The position numbers and the translations under genes are program-made. Source: Defluviitaleaceae bacterium (GTDB lineage: Bacteria > Bacillota > Clostridia > Lachnospirales > WRBF01). From it: a stretch of 64,000 nucleotides of DNA. The notes beneath the pieces are model-generated. The model had not been told where the DNA came from and did no database searches. It saw nothing but the letters and a program-made list of their open reading frames with translations. This document shows, piece by piece, positions 28,522 through 39,137 of the stretch (position 1 is the stretch's first letter; every line of letters starts with the position of its first letter). Location: positions 2,942 through 66,941 of the forward strand of contig WRBF01000001.1 of the NCBI GenBank assembly GCA_009784685.1, written 5' to 3'.

Positions 28522-29334
28522 TTATAAAATTGTTTTTGTTGCAATTTGAATTCTTTCTTTCTCAAGTTCTTGAAGAATATTTTTGCGTGCATCACTGCAA
28601 GCGATAAAATTGTTAGAAACACTTGCTGTCCACATACTTGAACGTAATTCTACACCATAAAGCCCAAGAGCACGCACAAAAACCGGCACTTTCGGATTAG
28701 TTTGTTGCTGTTCTAATGTACGTGTATCTACAAAATCCCTATGTTCCCCTATAACATTTGCCATAATTTCACAGGCTTTTGGAACATCAGAGCCATACGA
28801 AATAATAACATCTATAAAGGATGAAGCCTGTGCGCTGTTGAAATTTGCGTTCTCAATAAGTTCTTTATTTAGAACTGAATTTGGCACTATTATCCGGCTG
28901 TTCATAAAAGTACGTATAACTGTGTGTCTGATTGTGATGTCTTCAACAAAGCCTGTAATGTCAGAATTTACAAGATGCACACGGTCGCCGACCTCGAACG
29001 GTTTTGAAATTGATATAAATAACCCATTAAAAGCGTTTCCAAGAGATTCCTGTGCTGCAAGACCTATTGTTATTGCAACTATACCCGAACCGGCAATTAA
29101 AGCAGCAGCAGCATCTGCAAATTGAGGGAATCGACCTAATGCAAGAACAATGCCCACAACCCAAATGACTGCGCTAAGCACATTCTTAATAAATTTTTGG
29201 TAGATCGTATTCCTCCCAAAAATCCCCCAAATTATTCGAAAAATTTTTGTAACAAACAAAGTAGATAACAATGTTGCAATTACACGCGCTATAATCCAAC
29301 CAGAGTATTCGCTGTAAAGGAAGTTGTGTAACAT
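28522..29334 (-). CDS. MscS family mechanosensitive channel
   Basis: Three N-terminal TMs, GLAAQ.SL.N.F.G, KPFEVGD.V, G.VE.I.IR.T, VPNS. Confidence 0.92.
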   Translation of the reverse strand: MLHNFLYSEYSGWIIARVIATLLSTLFVTKIFRIIWGIFGRNTIYQKFIKNVLSAVIWVVGIVLALGRFPQFADAAAALIAGSGIVAITIGLAAQESLGNAFNGLFISISKPFEVGDRVHLVNSDITGFVEDITIRHTVIRTFMNSRIIVPNSVLNKELIENANFNSAQASSFIDVIISYGSDVPKACEIMANVIGEHRDFVDTRTLEQQQTNPKVPVFVRALGLYGVELRSSMWTASVSNNFIACSDARKNILQELEKERIQIATKTIL

Positions 29335-29505
29335 AGGTTATTAGTCTCCATTCATAAAAAACTAGAAGCTCTCATATCGAGGGTAGAGCAAAAGCAGTCG
29401 AACTGCGTCAGATATTTATTCGCTAAAGACAACTTTTCAGAATAATTATGGATAAATTTTGCAACGAAAACAGTTTTAAATGTATTCGGCTTCGATGCAT
29501 GTTAT

Positions 29506-29895
29506 TTATGATAACTTATCTAACTTTTTACTTTCTCTTAATTCATACAAATTTACGACAACGCATCCTAAAAAATACATTACTATGTCCCACCAGTCAA
29601 ACGTAACTCCTATAACCACTCTAGCGATCTGAGAATGCCCGAGCCCTATCATATATACTAATCCGAAATACTGCATAATCTCTACTAAAACAGCAAATGC
29701 GAAAATGTACAACCAAAGAAATTTAAGTCTGTTCCGAAGAAAAATGCGCATAAGACAATAGATGAAAAGAACAATCAAAATATCCCCGAAGTGATTTCTA
29801 ATAAATCCACTTTCCACAAAAAGAGCTATTAGCACTATAACAATAAGAAAGATCATAGATGCTGTAAAATACTTGAAACTAAAAGCAATTTTCAT
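29506..29895 (-). CDS. DUF2809 family membrane protein
   Basis: FIR..FGD.L, VE..QY, VIG.TF.W.DI..Y..G. Confidence 0.75.
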   Translation of the reverse strand: MKIAFSFKYFTASMIFLIVIVLIALFVESGFIRNHFGDILIVLFIYCLMRIFLRNRLKFLWLYIFAFAVLVEIMQYFGLVYMIGLGHSQIARVVIGVTFDWWDIVMYFLGCVVVNLYELRESKKLDKLS

Positions 29896-29926
29896 AAATA
29901 ATTATACCTTCACTTTAATTGAAATC

Positions 29927-31204
29927 CTATAGGTTTTCGGACTGTCTCATAGCCTCAGCCCCAAGCATAACACCAATTTTCATATGCTCCCATGTAAGCC
30001 CTCCTTGCAAATAAACTGCATAAGGCTCTTTCATAGGTGCGTCTGCGCTAAGTTCGATTGATGAACCTTGTACAAATGCCCCGGCAGCCATTATTACTTC
30101 GCAGTCATATCCCGGCATTGCCCAAGGCTCCGGAGATACAAAACTATCAACTGGTGCAGCATTTTGAATTGCTTTGCAAAATGCAACTACTTTTTCCGGT
30201 TTACCTAGCTTTATCGCTTGAACTATATCTGTCCTTTTTTCAAGTGGTCGAGGTAAAACATCATATCCCATACTGTCAAAAACTTTAGACGCAAAAACAG
30301 CACCTTTTAAAGAAGCTTCAACAACAGAAGGTGCCAAAAACAAACCTTGCATAAAAGAAGCCGTTAAACCAAGCGTCGGACCTACTTCCTTGCCTAGTCC
30401 CGGGGCTGTAAGCCTAATCGCTGCATTTTCAATATATTCATTCCTGCCTGCAATGTATCCGCCAACCGGAGCAAGCCCCCCTCCGGGGTTTTTAATCAAA
30501 GAACCAACGGTTAAATCCGCACAAACATCTCCCGGCTCTATATCTTCTGTAAATTCTCCATAACAATTATCGATCATACAAATTATATCTTTATTCATTG
30601 ACTTAACTAAGTTTACAATATTGCCAATTTCCTCAACACTTAAAGAACGCCTGTAACTATATCCTTTGGAACGCTGTATTGTCACAAGTTTTGTCCTGCT
30701 CGTTATCATGTTTTTAATTCCATCATAGTCAATTTGGTCGTTAGGCAAAAATTCTGCCTGTTTATATATTATGCCGTTTTCAATAAGTGAACCTTTTGTT
30801 TTTTTAATTCCGATAACGCTTTCAAGCGTATCATACGGCTTGCCAACCGCAGAAAGAAGCTCATCGCCGCTTTTTAAGTTACCAAAAAGAGCTATGGTAA
30901 GCGCATGAGTGCCTGAAATAATTTGCGGACGTACAAGCGCAGATTCACTGCTAAAAACATCAGCAAAAACCTTTTCTGTTACGTCTCTACCTGCATCATC
31001 ATATCCGTACCCTGTTGTTCCCGAAAAATGACTTTCAGAAAGCTTGTTGCGCTGCATTGCTGCAAGAACTTTCATTTGATTTTTTTCTGACGTTTCTTCA
31101 ATCTCCAAAAATTTATCTTTAATTTCAAACAAGGCTTTATCACAAAATTCAATAGTTTCCTGTGAAATATTAAATTCCTTCTTCAAGAATTCGTTTCTGT
31201 TCAT
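29927..31204 (-). CDS. YnbB-like PLP enzyme (methionine gamma-lyase/aluminium-resistance family)
   Basis: TTGYGYDD.GRD, SGTHA, QRSKGY, DNCYGEF, GSLIKNPGGG; ATG at 31204. Confidence 0.9.
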   Translation of the reverse strand: MNRNEFLKKEFNISQETIEFCDKALFEIKDKFLEIEETSEKNQMKVLAAMQRNKLSESHFSGTTGYGYDDAGRDVTEKVFADVFSSESALVRPQIISGTHALTIALFGNLKSGDELLSAVGKPYDTLESVIGIKKTKGSLIENGIIYKQAEFLPNDQIDYDGIKNMITSRTKLVTIQRSKGYSYRRSLSVEEIGNIVNLVKSMNKDIICMIDNCYGEFTEDIEPGDVCADLTVGSLIKNPGGGLAPVGGYIAGRNEYIENAAIRLTAPGLGKEVGPTLGLTASFMQGLFLAPSVVEASLKGAVFASKVFDSMGYDVLPRPLEKRTDIVQAIKLGKPEKVVAFCKAIQNAAPVDSFVSPEPWAMPGYDCEVIMAAGAFVQGSSIELSADAPMKEPYAVYLQGGLTWEHMKIGVMLGAEAMRQSENL

Positions 31205-32108
31205 TAACAATCTCCTCAATATTTCTTTCTCCGGTATCAAACCAAATTGCTTCGGTCTGGTTTCTAAACCATGTCAGCTGTCTTTTTGCATAATGACGAG
31301 TATTTTGCTTAAGCTTAGATGCAGCATCTTCCAGCGAAACTTCTCCATTTATATACGGAATCAACTCTTTGTACCCTATCCCTTGCATTGAAGTAAGGTT
31401 TGAAGTATAACCCATTGCAAGAAGTCCCCTAACCTCTTCTAAAAGCCCATCGCCTAACATTTGGTCTACTCGCTTATTGATCTTACTATAAAGTTTTTCA
31501 CGATTCATGTTAGCTATGAAAAACTTTACATCATATGCAAAGGAGCGGCTTCGTTCGACTGCGTTATGTTCAGATATTTTAATTCCTGTTGTGTTGAAAA
31601 ATTCAATAGCACGAACAACACGCTTTACGTTGTTAAAATGTACTTGTACCGCTGATTCAGGGTCAATTTTTGTAAGCATATCGTGCAAATACTCATTTCC
31701 TTTTTCCTTAGCACATTCATATAAACCATGTCTATAATCAAGATTTATAGTTTCTTCTGAGAATTCGTTATCGTATATAACAGAGTTAATGTAAAAGCCG
31801 GTGCCGCCGACCAAGATAGGTATTTTTCCGCTTTTAATAACACAACTTATACATTCTTTGCAAATTTTTTGATATACAGCGACGGAAAAATCTTCATCCG
31901 GGTCTACAACATCTACCATATGATGTTTAATTTCGTTCATTTCTTCTTTCGTGGGCTTAGCCGTTCCAATGTCCATATATCTGTAAACCTGTATAGAGTC
32001 AGCAGAAATTATCTCGCCATTAATTTGCTTGGCGAGTTCAATTGCAAGTTTGCTTTTGCCAACAGCTGTTGCACCACCTATAACAATTAGTGGCCGTGTA
32101 TTGCTCAT
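31170..32108 (-). CDS. miaA: tRNA dimethylallyltransferase
   Basis: G.TAVGKS, SADS.QVYR.MDIGTAKP, VGGTGFY, IGYKE, YAKRQLTWFR. Confidence 0.96.
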   Translation of the reverse strand: MSNTRPLIVIGGATAVGKSKLAIELAKQINGEIISADSIQVYRYMDIGTAKPTKEEMNEIKHHMVDVVDPDEDFSVAVYQKICKECISCVIKSGKIPILVGGTGFYINSVIYDNEFSEETINLDYRHGLYECAKEKGNEYLHDMLTKIDPESAVQVHFNNVKRVVRAIEFFNTTGIKISEHNAVERSRSFAYDVKFFIANMNREKLYSKINKRVDQMLGDGLLEEVRGLLAMGYTSNLTSMQGIGYKELIPYINGEVSLEDAASKLKQNTRHYAKRQLTWFRNQTEAIWFDTGERNIEEIVNEQKRILEEGI

Positions 32109-34045
32109 TACATAACCCTCTTAAATCTTTTTTCCAGTTCATATTTTGGTATTTCTATTATTGTTGGTCTTCCATGTGGACATGTAAAAGGATTTTCAAG
32201 TTTAGTCACTTGGCTAATAAGCTCTTTTGCCTCTGTATAGCTAAGTTTATCGTTGCCTTTAACTGCTGCCTTACATGCAATTGATGCGATAGCATCTGTT
32301 TTGACATCATAAATATTTGATACAGCTGTCTCAATTTTAGAAAGCTTATCTAGAATTTCTAAAAAGAAATTAACATCCTCAGTGTCTTTTAGCAAATATG
32401 GAACAGCACGGATTGCGATTTCCTTTTCGCCAAATTTATCTATATCAAATCCAAATTGCTCAAATAAATCCCGATTTTCATCAACTATTGACATTTCCTT
32501 AGGAGTTATAGTTAAAACATAAGGGTTAAGAATCGGCTGAGAAACGATATCGGGCTTTTCCTTTAGCTTTTTAGAAAGCTGATCGTACAAACAACGCTCA
32601 TGAGCAGCGTGTTGATCCATAATATACATTTTGCTACCCTGCTCTATTATCCAATATGTATTAAAGAGCTGCCCGACAATTTTATAGTCAATGAAAATTT
32701 GAGGTTTAGAATTCGTTTTTTCAGCTTGATAACTTGAATCAGCTTTTAAATTTTTAATGGTATCATCTTTTTCAACAGGAATATTATTGCATTCTATTGA
32801 ATTGACTTCATCTAAATTATCTTCGATTAATAATCCTGCTTGTTCTTCATAAATTTCGTTATATGGATTAGGAGTGAATGTTTGTTCAGAAACATCAGAA
32901 GAATCTTTTGGTATCGGCTTGTTGGCATACACACTGTTAATTATATCCGCATATTTTGATACACTAGATTTAGCCGACGAAGACTCAGTTGTTTCTGATA
33001 CTTGGATAGGCTTAGTAAGATAATCATCTTTTTGCCAACTTGCAGCGGGTATCAAATTTTGCCCGGAAAAAGCTTTTTTGACTGCTGCGCTCACAATCTC
33101 AAGTATTTTTTCATCATTCCAAAACCGAACTTCAAGCTTTGTAGGGTGAACGTTTATATCGATAAGCGACGGATGTATTTTTATGAACAGGAAAAACACA
33201 GGAAACTTCCCTATCGGCAGCATTGTTTTTAATGTCTGCTCTGTGGCTGACGAAACTATTTCGCTCTTTATATGCCGCCCGTTTATGAACATATGTTCAT
33301 AGGAACGATTGCTTCTATACATTTCAGGTTTACATATATAACCTGTTACATGTACATTTTCACCTAAATAGTCAATGGGCAAAAGACAGGAGGCTGTTTC
33401 TTTGCCGTAAATCTGATAAATTGTTGATTTAAGGTCTCCATCACCTTTTGTTCTAATCAATTTCGAGCCATTGTTTATATAGTTGAATGATATATGCGGG
33501 TTTCCTAAAGCGATTTTTGTTATAACATCTGAGATATATCCGCTTTCAGTTGCAGTTTTTTTCAAAAATTTTCGGCGTGCGGGTATGTTATAGAACAAAT
33601 TGCGAACAGATATTATAGTTCCGTTTGCCGCTGCAACATCTTGCTCTCTAACAAACTCTCCGCCGTTAACTTCAAGGCAAAATCCCATTTCTGATGTCTT
33701 TGTTTTAGTTAGCATCTCAACTTGTGCAACAGACGCTATGCTCGAAAGTGCCTCGCCTCTAAACCCAAGCGACATAACATTTTCCAAGTCATCAATATTT
33801 CGAATTTTACTCGTCGAATGCTTTAAAAATGCAGTTTTAGCTTCGTTTTTATCAATACCGATACCGTTATCAGTTATTTGAACAAGTGAAACGCCGCCGT
33901 CTTTTATTTCAATCGTAATAGCATTCGCCTTGGCATCAATAGAGTTCTCAACAAGCTCTTTTACAACAGAAACAGGCCGCTCGACAACTTCGCCTGCGGC
34001 TATTTTATTTATTAAATCAGTATCTAGAAGTTTAATATGTGACAT
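32108..34045 (-). CDS. mutL: DNA mismatch repair endonuclease MutL
   Basis: IAAGEVVERP, GFRGEAL, DQHAAHER, CKAA, CPHGRP. Confidence 0.97.
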   Translation of the reverse strand: MSHIKLLDTDLINKIAAGEVVERPVSVVKELVENSIDAKANAITIEIKDGGVSLVQITDNGIGIDKNEAKTAFLKHSTSKIRNIDDLENVMSLGFRGEALSSIASVAQVEMLTKTKTSEMGFCLEVNGGEFVREQDVAAANGTIISVRNLFYNIPARRKFLKKTATESGYISDVITKIALGNPHISFNYINNGSKLIRTKGDGDLKSTIYQIYGKETASCLLPIDYLGENVHVTGYICKPEMYRSNRSYEHMFINGRHIKSEIVSSATEQTLKTMLPIGKFPVFFLFIKIHPSLIDINVHPTKLEVRFWNDEKILEIVSAAVKKAFSGQNLIPAASWQKDDYLTKPIQVSETTESSSAKSSVSKYADIINSVYANKPIPKDSSDVSEQTFTPNPYNEIYEEQAGLLIEDNLDEVNSIECNNIPVEKDDTIKNLKADSSYQAEKTNSKPQIFIDYKIVGQLFNTYWIIEQGSKMYIMDQHAAHERCLYDQLSKKLKEKPDIVSQPILNPYVLTITPKEMSIVDENRDLFEQFGFDIDKFGEKEIAIRAVPYLLKDTEDVNFFLEILDKLSKIETAVSNIYDVKTDAIASIACKAAVKGNDKLSYTEAKELISQVTKLENPFTCPHGRPTIIEIPKYELEKRFKRVM

Positions 34046-36648
34046 TATGCTTTACCAAAGCCCTTGCTCATATTTTGATAATCAAAAAGCTTGCGAAGCG
34101 CATCACGAGGTGTTATTGCATCTATATCAAGCTCCATGATTTCTTTAATGATTACATATTCCTGGGATAGTTCCTTATCTTTATCCTGACCGTAAACTAC
34201 ATCTTTGCGGCTTTCTATTTTCTTTCTACTGCTTGCGATATCTGCATGATTTAAAGAACTTAATATTTCATCAGCACGAGATAATATGCTCTTAGGCAAT
34301 CCGGCAAGCTTTGCAACATGCAGTCCATAGCTGTTGTCAGCTCCGCCTCTGGCAATCTTTCGTAAAAATATTATATCTTCACCTTGTTCTCGTATTAGCA
34401 TCCGATAATTTTTAACACCGGAAATCTTACCTTCAAGTTCTGAAAGCTCGTGATAATGTGTTGAAAATAAAGTTCTTGCACCAATTTGGGAGCAAATATA
34501 TTCAAGAACCGACCAAGCAATGCTAAGCCCGTCAAACGTGCTTGTCCCCCGCCCTATTTCATCCAAAATAAGCAAGCTGTTTTTGGTTGAAGTATTTATG
34601 ATATTTGCAACTTCAGACATTTCAACCATAAATGTGCTCTGACCGATAGACAGATCATCAGAAGCCCCAACACGAGTAAATATTTTATCAACAACACCTA
34701 TAACGCCGCTTTCCGCAGGGATAAACGAACCAATTTGAGCCATAAGTATAATAAGTGCTGTCTGACGCATATACGTTGATTTTCCTGCCATATTAGGTCC
34801 GGTGATTATCAATAGTCTATCATCGGATTCATCTAAAAATACATCATTTGGCACGAATGAAATGCCGGATATAGTTTCAAGAACAGGATGCCTTCCATCT
34901 TTAATGTTAATCTCATCACCGTTTGTTATCTCAGGCTTTGCATAGTTATAGTTATCCGCCGACTCAGCCAACGACTGAAAAACATCAATAGTTGAAATTA
35001 TTTGTGCTGTAAGTTGTATTCTATGTACTTCATTCGCTATCTTTTCCAAAATCTCTAAATAGAGCATGTTTTCAAGTTCTAAGATTTTTTCTTCAGCTTC
35101 AAGTATCGCATCTTCGATTTCTTTAAGCTCAATAGTCGTATATCTTTCACCATTTGCCATAGTTTGACGGCGTATGTAATTTGAAGGCACGAGGTTAATG
35201 TTTGAATTAGTAACCTCAATAAAGTAGCCGAATATTTTGTTATATTTTATCTTTAGGCTTTTAATACCGGTCGCTTTACGTTCTTCAGCTTCTTTTTCAA
35301 GCAACCATACAGCACCTTTATTTCTCGCATTTTTGTATCTGTCAAGTTCTTGATTGTACCCTGACTTTATCATGTTGCCGTCTTTTAAATTAGCAGGGGC
35401 ATGTTCATCTATAGAGTTTTCGATTAATTCATAAATATCTTCAAGAGTATCAAGTGCCTCGTACATTTCTTTTGTAAGTTTAGAATTACACTCTGAAATA
35501 AATCTCTTTATTTCCGGGATTTGAAGCAGTGAAAGCTTTAAGCTAGTTAAATCCCGTCCGCTTGCGCTACGGTAGATTATTTTACCCATTAGCCTTTCAA
35601 TATCACCTATAATCGAAAGAGTATCTCTTATATCATTTCTTACATACATACTATCCTTCAGTTCAGATACAGTGTCAAGCCGTCTTTTAATATCATCACT
35701 ATCAATAAGCGGCTGCTCTATCCATTTTCGCAGCAGTCTCCCACCCATAGATGTTTTTGTTTTATCAAGAACCCATAAAAGCGTACCCTTTTTACTTCTG
35801 TCTCTAATAGATTCAGTCAGCTCAAGATGTCTTCGTGATGATGCATCAAGAGACATAAATTTGTTTTTTCCATAATATTTTATTAAGTTAATATGAGAAA
35901 GATCATTCCGTTGAGTCTCTTTCAAATATTGCAAAAGAGCCCCGGAAGCAGAAACTGCGACTCCCCTGCCCTCCAAGCCAAAGCTGTTTATATTATGGAT
36001 TTTAAAATGAGTACAAATATTTTTTGCAGCAGTTGAATACTCAAAATTCCAACTGTAATATTCAAATGGTTTTATGTTAAACAACTGTTCAATACTCTTT
36101 TGGTTATCGGGTACTTTGTTTACAATAAGTTCCTTCGGTTTAATTCTTGCAATTTCATCAATTACTTCGTTACTAAAGTCATTCTCAATTTGAGTAGTAA
36201 AAAACTCACCTGTTGTAACATCACAAAAAGCAAGACCTATGCCTTCAATTGAATAAAATAAGCTCATAATATAGTTGTTAGCAGTATCATCAAGTATCTT
36301 CCCGTCAGTTACAGTACCGGGAGTAATAATACGTACTACTTCCCGTTTAACTAACGATTTAGTCTTAGATGCTTCTTCAACTTGTTCGCAAATCGCAACT
36401 TTATGACCATTTTCAACAAGCTTTGCTATATATGTGTCCGCAGCATGAAAGGGAATTCCACACATAGGTACTCTTTCTTTTTGTCCGCACTCCCTTCCGG
36501 TTAAAACGAGACCAAGAATTTCTGATGCTTTCACTGCATCTTCAAAAAACATCTCATAAAAATCTCCAAGCCTAAAGAATAAAAAGGAATCACTGTTTAC
36601 CGCTTTAATTTGGAGATATTGTTCCATCATCGGTGAATATTTAGCCAT
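34045..36648 (-). CDS. mutS: DNA mismatch repair protein MutS
   Basis: FRLGDFYEMF, TGPNMAGKSTY, STFMVEM, DEIGRGTST, THYHEL. Confidence 0.97.
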   Translation of the reverse strand: MAKYSPMMEQYLQIKAVNSDSFLFFRLGDFYEMFFEDAVKASEILGLVLTGRECGQKERVPMCGIPFHAADTYIAKLVENGHKVAICEQVEEASKTKSLVKREVVRIITPGTVTDGKILDDTANNYIMSLFYSIEGIGLAFCDVTTGEFFTTQIENDFSNEVIDEIARIKPKELIVNKVPDNQKSIEQLFNIKPFEYYSWNFEYSTAAKNICTHFKIHNINSFGLEGRGVAVSASGALLQYLKETQRNDLSHINLIKYYGKNKFMSLDASSRRHLELTESIRDRSKKGTLLWVLDKTKTSMGGRLLRKWIEQPLIDSDDIKRRLDTVSELKDSMYVRNDIRDTLSIIGDIERLMGKIIYRSASGRDLTSLKLSLLQIPEIKRFISECNSKLTKEMYEALDTLEDIYELIENSIDEHAPANLKDGNMIKSGYNQELDRYKNARNKGAVWLLEKEAEERKATGIKSLKIKYNKIFGYFIEVTNSNINLVPSNYIRRQTMANGERYTTIELKEIEDAILEAEEKILELENMLYLEILEKIANEVHRIQLTAQIISTIDVFQSLAESADNYNYAKPEITNGDEINIKDGRHPVLETISGISFVPNDVFLDESDDRLLIITGPNMAGKSTYMRQTALIILMAQIGSFIPAESGVIGVVDKIFTRVGASDDLSIGQSTFMVEMSEVANIINTSTKNSLLILDEIGRGTSTFDGLSIAWSVLEYICSQIGARTLFSTHYHELSELEGKISGVKNYRMLIREQGEDIIFLRKIARGGADNSYGLHVAKLAGLPKSILSRADEILSSLNHADIASSRKKIESRKDVVYGQDKDKELSQEYVIIKEIMELDIDAITPRDALRKLFDYQNMSKGFGKA

Positions 36649-36768
36649 AAAATAAAATGCCTTCCTGTGATTAGGAGTTTAATAAATTTGAAAACTTAAA
36701 TACAATGCTAGTCTTGTATCAAAAATGCTGCAATTTTATACGTATTTTTAATTATGGGAAAGTGTTAG

Positions 36769-37170
36769 TTAACCGCAGCTGTTGCAGCTATCACCAGAAC
36801 ATCCATGACATCCGCATTCATCGGATGCATCAACACCTGTTATTGTAAACTTTAAAATATTCATAACGCCGTTTACAAACTCGTTAAATTCTGATTCAGC
36901 CATCATAAGATTTTCTATCGTTTCATTGTTTTTAAGCTCTTCTGCCATTTTCATAAGTTTTTCTGAATTTGCAGCAAATTCATCCGGGGCAATTTCGCCT
37001 CTGGCAGCTCTTGATCTTACATCTGTTTGAAATGCGCTGTATTCCTCAAGTCCTTTTTTGGCATCAAGGTTTTCATCAAATTTTTTCCTTGCATCATGAA
37101 GTTTTTTTGCTTCATTTGATTCCAAAATCAAATTGCCTAACTCTCTTGCCTTTTCATAATAAGTTGACAT
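36769..37170 (-). CDS. YlbF/YmcA (RicAF-like) family protein
   Basis: KARELG..I.ES.E N-terminus, helical body, Cys-rich tail; between miaB and mutS. Confidence 0.8.
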   Translation of the reverse strand: MSTYYEKARELGNLILESNEAKKLHDARKKFDENLDAKKGLEEYSAFQTDVRSRAARGEIAPDEFAANSEKLMKMAEELKNNETIENLMMAESEFNEFVNGVMNILKFTITGVDASDECGCHGCSGDSCNSCG

Positions 37171-37184
37171 TTAAATATCTCCTT

Positions 37185-38597
37185 TTAGGCTATAACGCCC
37201 ATCAAATAAAATGTTTTACAATCAGTTACTTTAATGTTTAAAATTTTCCCGATAAGCGACGAATCCCCTTTAAAATGCACAGTAGTGTTGTTGTATGCTC
37301 TGCCCGTAATTAAGGTTTCATCCTTTTCATTTACTTCTTCGGCAAATACTTCAATCGTTTCGCCGACCAATTGTTTATTTATTTCATAAATACCGTCATT
37401 CAACATCTTTAAAAGCCTGTTAAATCTTTCTTTTGCAACATCTTCCGGAACCTGCTCGTCCATATTTGCGGCGGGAGTGCCTGTCCGTTTTGAATACAGG
37501 AACGTATAGGCTGTTGAATACCCAACCCTTTTAACAACATCAAGTGTTTCAAGAAAATCCTCTTCCGTTTCTGACGGAAAACCTACTATAATGTCAGTAG
37601 TAATAGCTGCCCCGGGTATTTCCTTCTTAATTTTATCAGCAAGATATAAATAATCATCTTTGGAATATTTCCGGTTCATAAGTTCAAGAACACGGCTGCT
37701 TCCGGATTGTAAAGGAAGGTGAATATGGTTGCATATATTATCACAATCACGTATAGCATAAATAACTTCATCTGATAAATCCTTTGGATGCGATGTCATA
37801 AACCTTATACGCTTAACGCCTTGGATAGAATTTATTTCCCGCAAAAGACCGCCGAAAGTTTCACCATTTACTAAATCATTACCATAGCTGTTTACATTTT
37901 GCCCAAGCAGCATTATCTCAATAACACCATCAGCAGCAAGCTCTTTAACTTCATTTATTATGTCAGCTTTACGTCGGCTTCTTTCTCTGCCTCTTACATA
38001 TGGGACTATACAGTATGAGCAAAAGTTATTACAACCATACATTATGTTAACACTTGCTTTGTATTTATGTTGCCGCACAGCAACAGTCTCGGTTTCAAAT
38101 TCATCATGCGATTCCCAAACATCAATAATCATTCCGCCAGAGGTAAGGCAAGTATATAAAAGCTCAGGCAATACATGCATATTAAACGTACCGAATATTA
38201 AGTCAACATTTCGGTACGATTCTTTTATCTTTGATATAACAGTATCTTGCTGCATCATGCAGCCGCATAACACGATTTTAATATCCGGTCGTTCTTGCTT
38301 AAGCTTTTTAAGATAGCCTAAGTTACCGTATACTCTATTTTCTGCATTTTCCCTTACACAGCATGTATTGTAAATTATAATATCCGCTTCTTTTTCGTTT
38401 TCAGAAGCCGCATATCCCATTTCAAACAAAAGTCCTAAAAGAATTTCGGAATCATGCGCATTCATCTGACATCCGAAAGTAGATATATAAGCGGTTTTTT
38501 GCCTTCCTAAAACCTGTTTATTAGCTTGGTTGAGCTCTTTTACGGCGGTTATATATTTTTTTTGCTCTGCGAGTTTATTTTTGTCGATTTTGGACAT
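37185..38597 (-). CDS. miaB: tRNA-i6A37 methylthiotransferase
   Basis: TFGCQMN.HDSE, NTCCVRENAE, CNNFCSYC radical SAM motif, TRAM-like C-terminus. Confidence 0.96.
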   Translation of the reverse strand: MSKIDKNKLAEQKKYITAVKELNQANKQVLGRQKTAYISTFGCQMNAHDSEILLGLLFEMGYAASENEKEADIIIYNTCCVRENAENRVYGNLGYLKKLKQERPDIKIVLCGCMMQQDTVISKIKESYRNVDLIFGTFNMHVLPELLYTCLTSGGMIIDVWESHDEFETETVAVRQHKYKASVNIMYGCNNFCSYCIVPYVRGRERSRRKADIINEVKELAADGVIEIMLLGQNVNSYGNDLVNGETFGGLLREINSIQGVKRIRFMTSHPKDLSDEVIYAIRDCDNICNHIHLPLQSGSSRVLELMNRKYSKDDYLYLADKIKKEIPGAAITTDIIVGFPSETEEDFLETLDVVKRVGYSTAYTFLYSKRTGTPAANMDEQVPEDVAKERFNRLLKMLNDGIYEINKQLVGETIEVFAEEVNEKDETLITGRAYNNTTVHFKGDSSLIGKILNIKVTDCKTFYLMGVIA

Positions 38598-38615
38598 TAC
38601 CTGCTCCTTGGTGTT

Positions 38616-39137
38616 TTATTGTATCAAGTTAGAGAAGTATTCATTTTTCAACATTGAGTATACAATTTGATCTAAATATCCTCTGTCTGCTTTATAACTT
38701 TGCCTTAAGACCCCATCTTTCTTCATTTTAAGGCTTTCATAAAGCTTTATCCCGGCAACATTATCCGGATATACATCTAGCCAAAACCGGTTAATGTTTA
38801 ATTCTTCAAAAGCGTACTTTAAGTGAGCATTAATAGCTTCGCGCCCATAGCCTTTCCCCTTATCAGTTACAACAAAACGCCTAAGCTCGAAAACCTCAGA
38901 CTTAAAATCAACCTTTGAAAGCGAATAACCTATTGGGATATTGTCTTCAACATGATAAAAAACAAGCAAAAGATGTTGGCCGTCGTTAATCTCAGCCAAA
39001 TGTTCTTCATATGTCCCAATCCAAATGAAATCTTTATTATCCGGATGTTTTTCGGTCTCAATTATAAAATTTATATCTGATTCAACTGCGCTTATTATCC
39101 TAAGCCTTTCTGTAGTAACTTCTTTTTTTAGTCTCAT
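38616..39137 (-). CDS. GNAT acetyltransferase (RimJ/RimL-like)
   Basis: KGKGYG, AFEEL..NR.WLDV...N...IKLY, G.LR. Confidence 0.85.
   Translation of the reverse strand: MRLKKEVTTERLRIISAVESDINFIIETEKHPDNKDFIWIGTYEEHLAEINDGQHLLLVFYHVEDNIPIGYSLSKVDFKSEVFELRRFVVTDKGKGYGREAINAHLKYAFEELNINRFWLDVYPDNVAGIKLYESLKMKKDGVLRQSYKADRGYLDQIVYSMLKNEYFSNLIQ

Noticed and set aside
29330-29370. preQ1-like tail ATAAAAAACTAG
   Set aside because: Wrong strand for the downstream gene and no complementary P1 stem.
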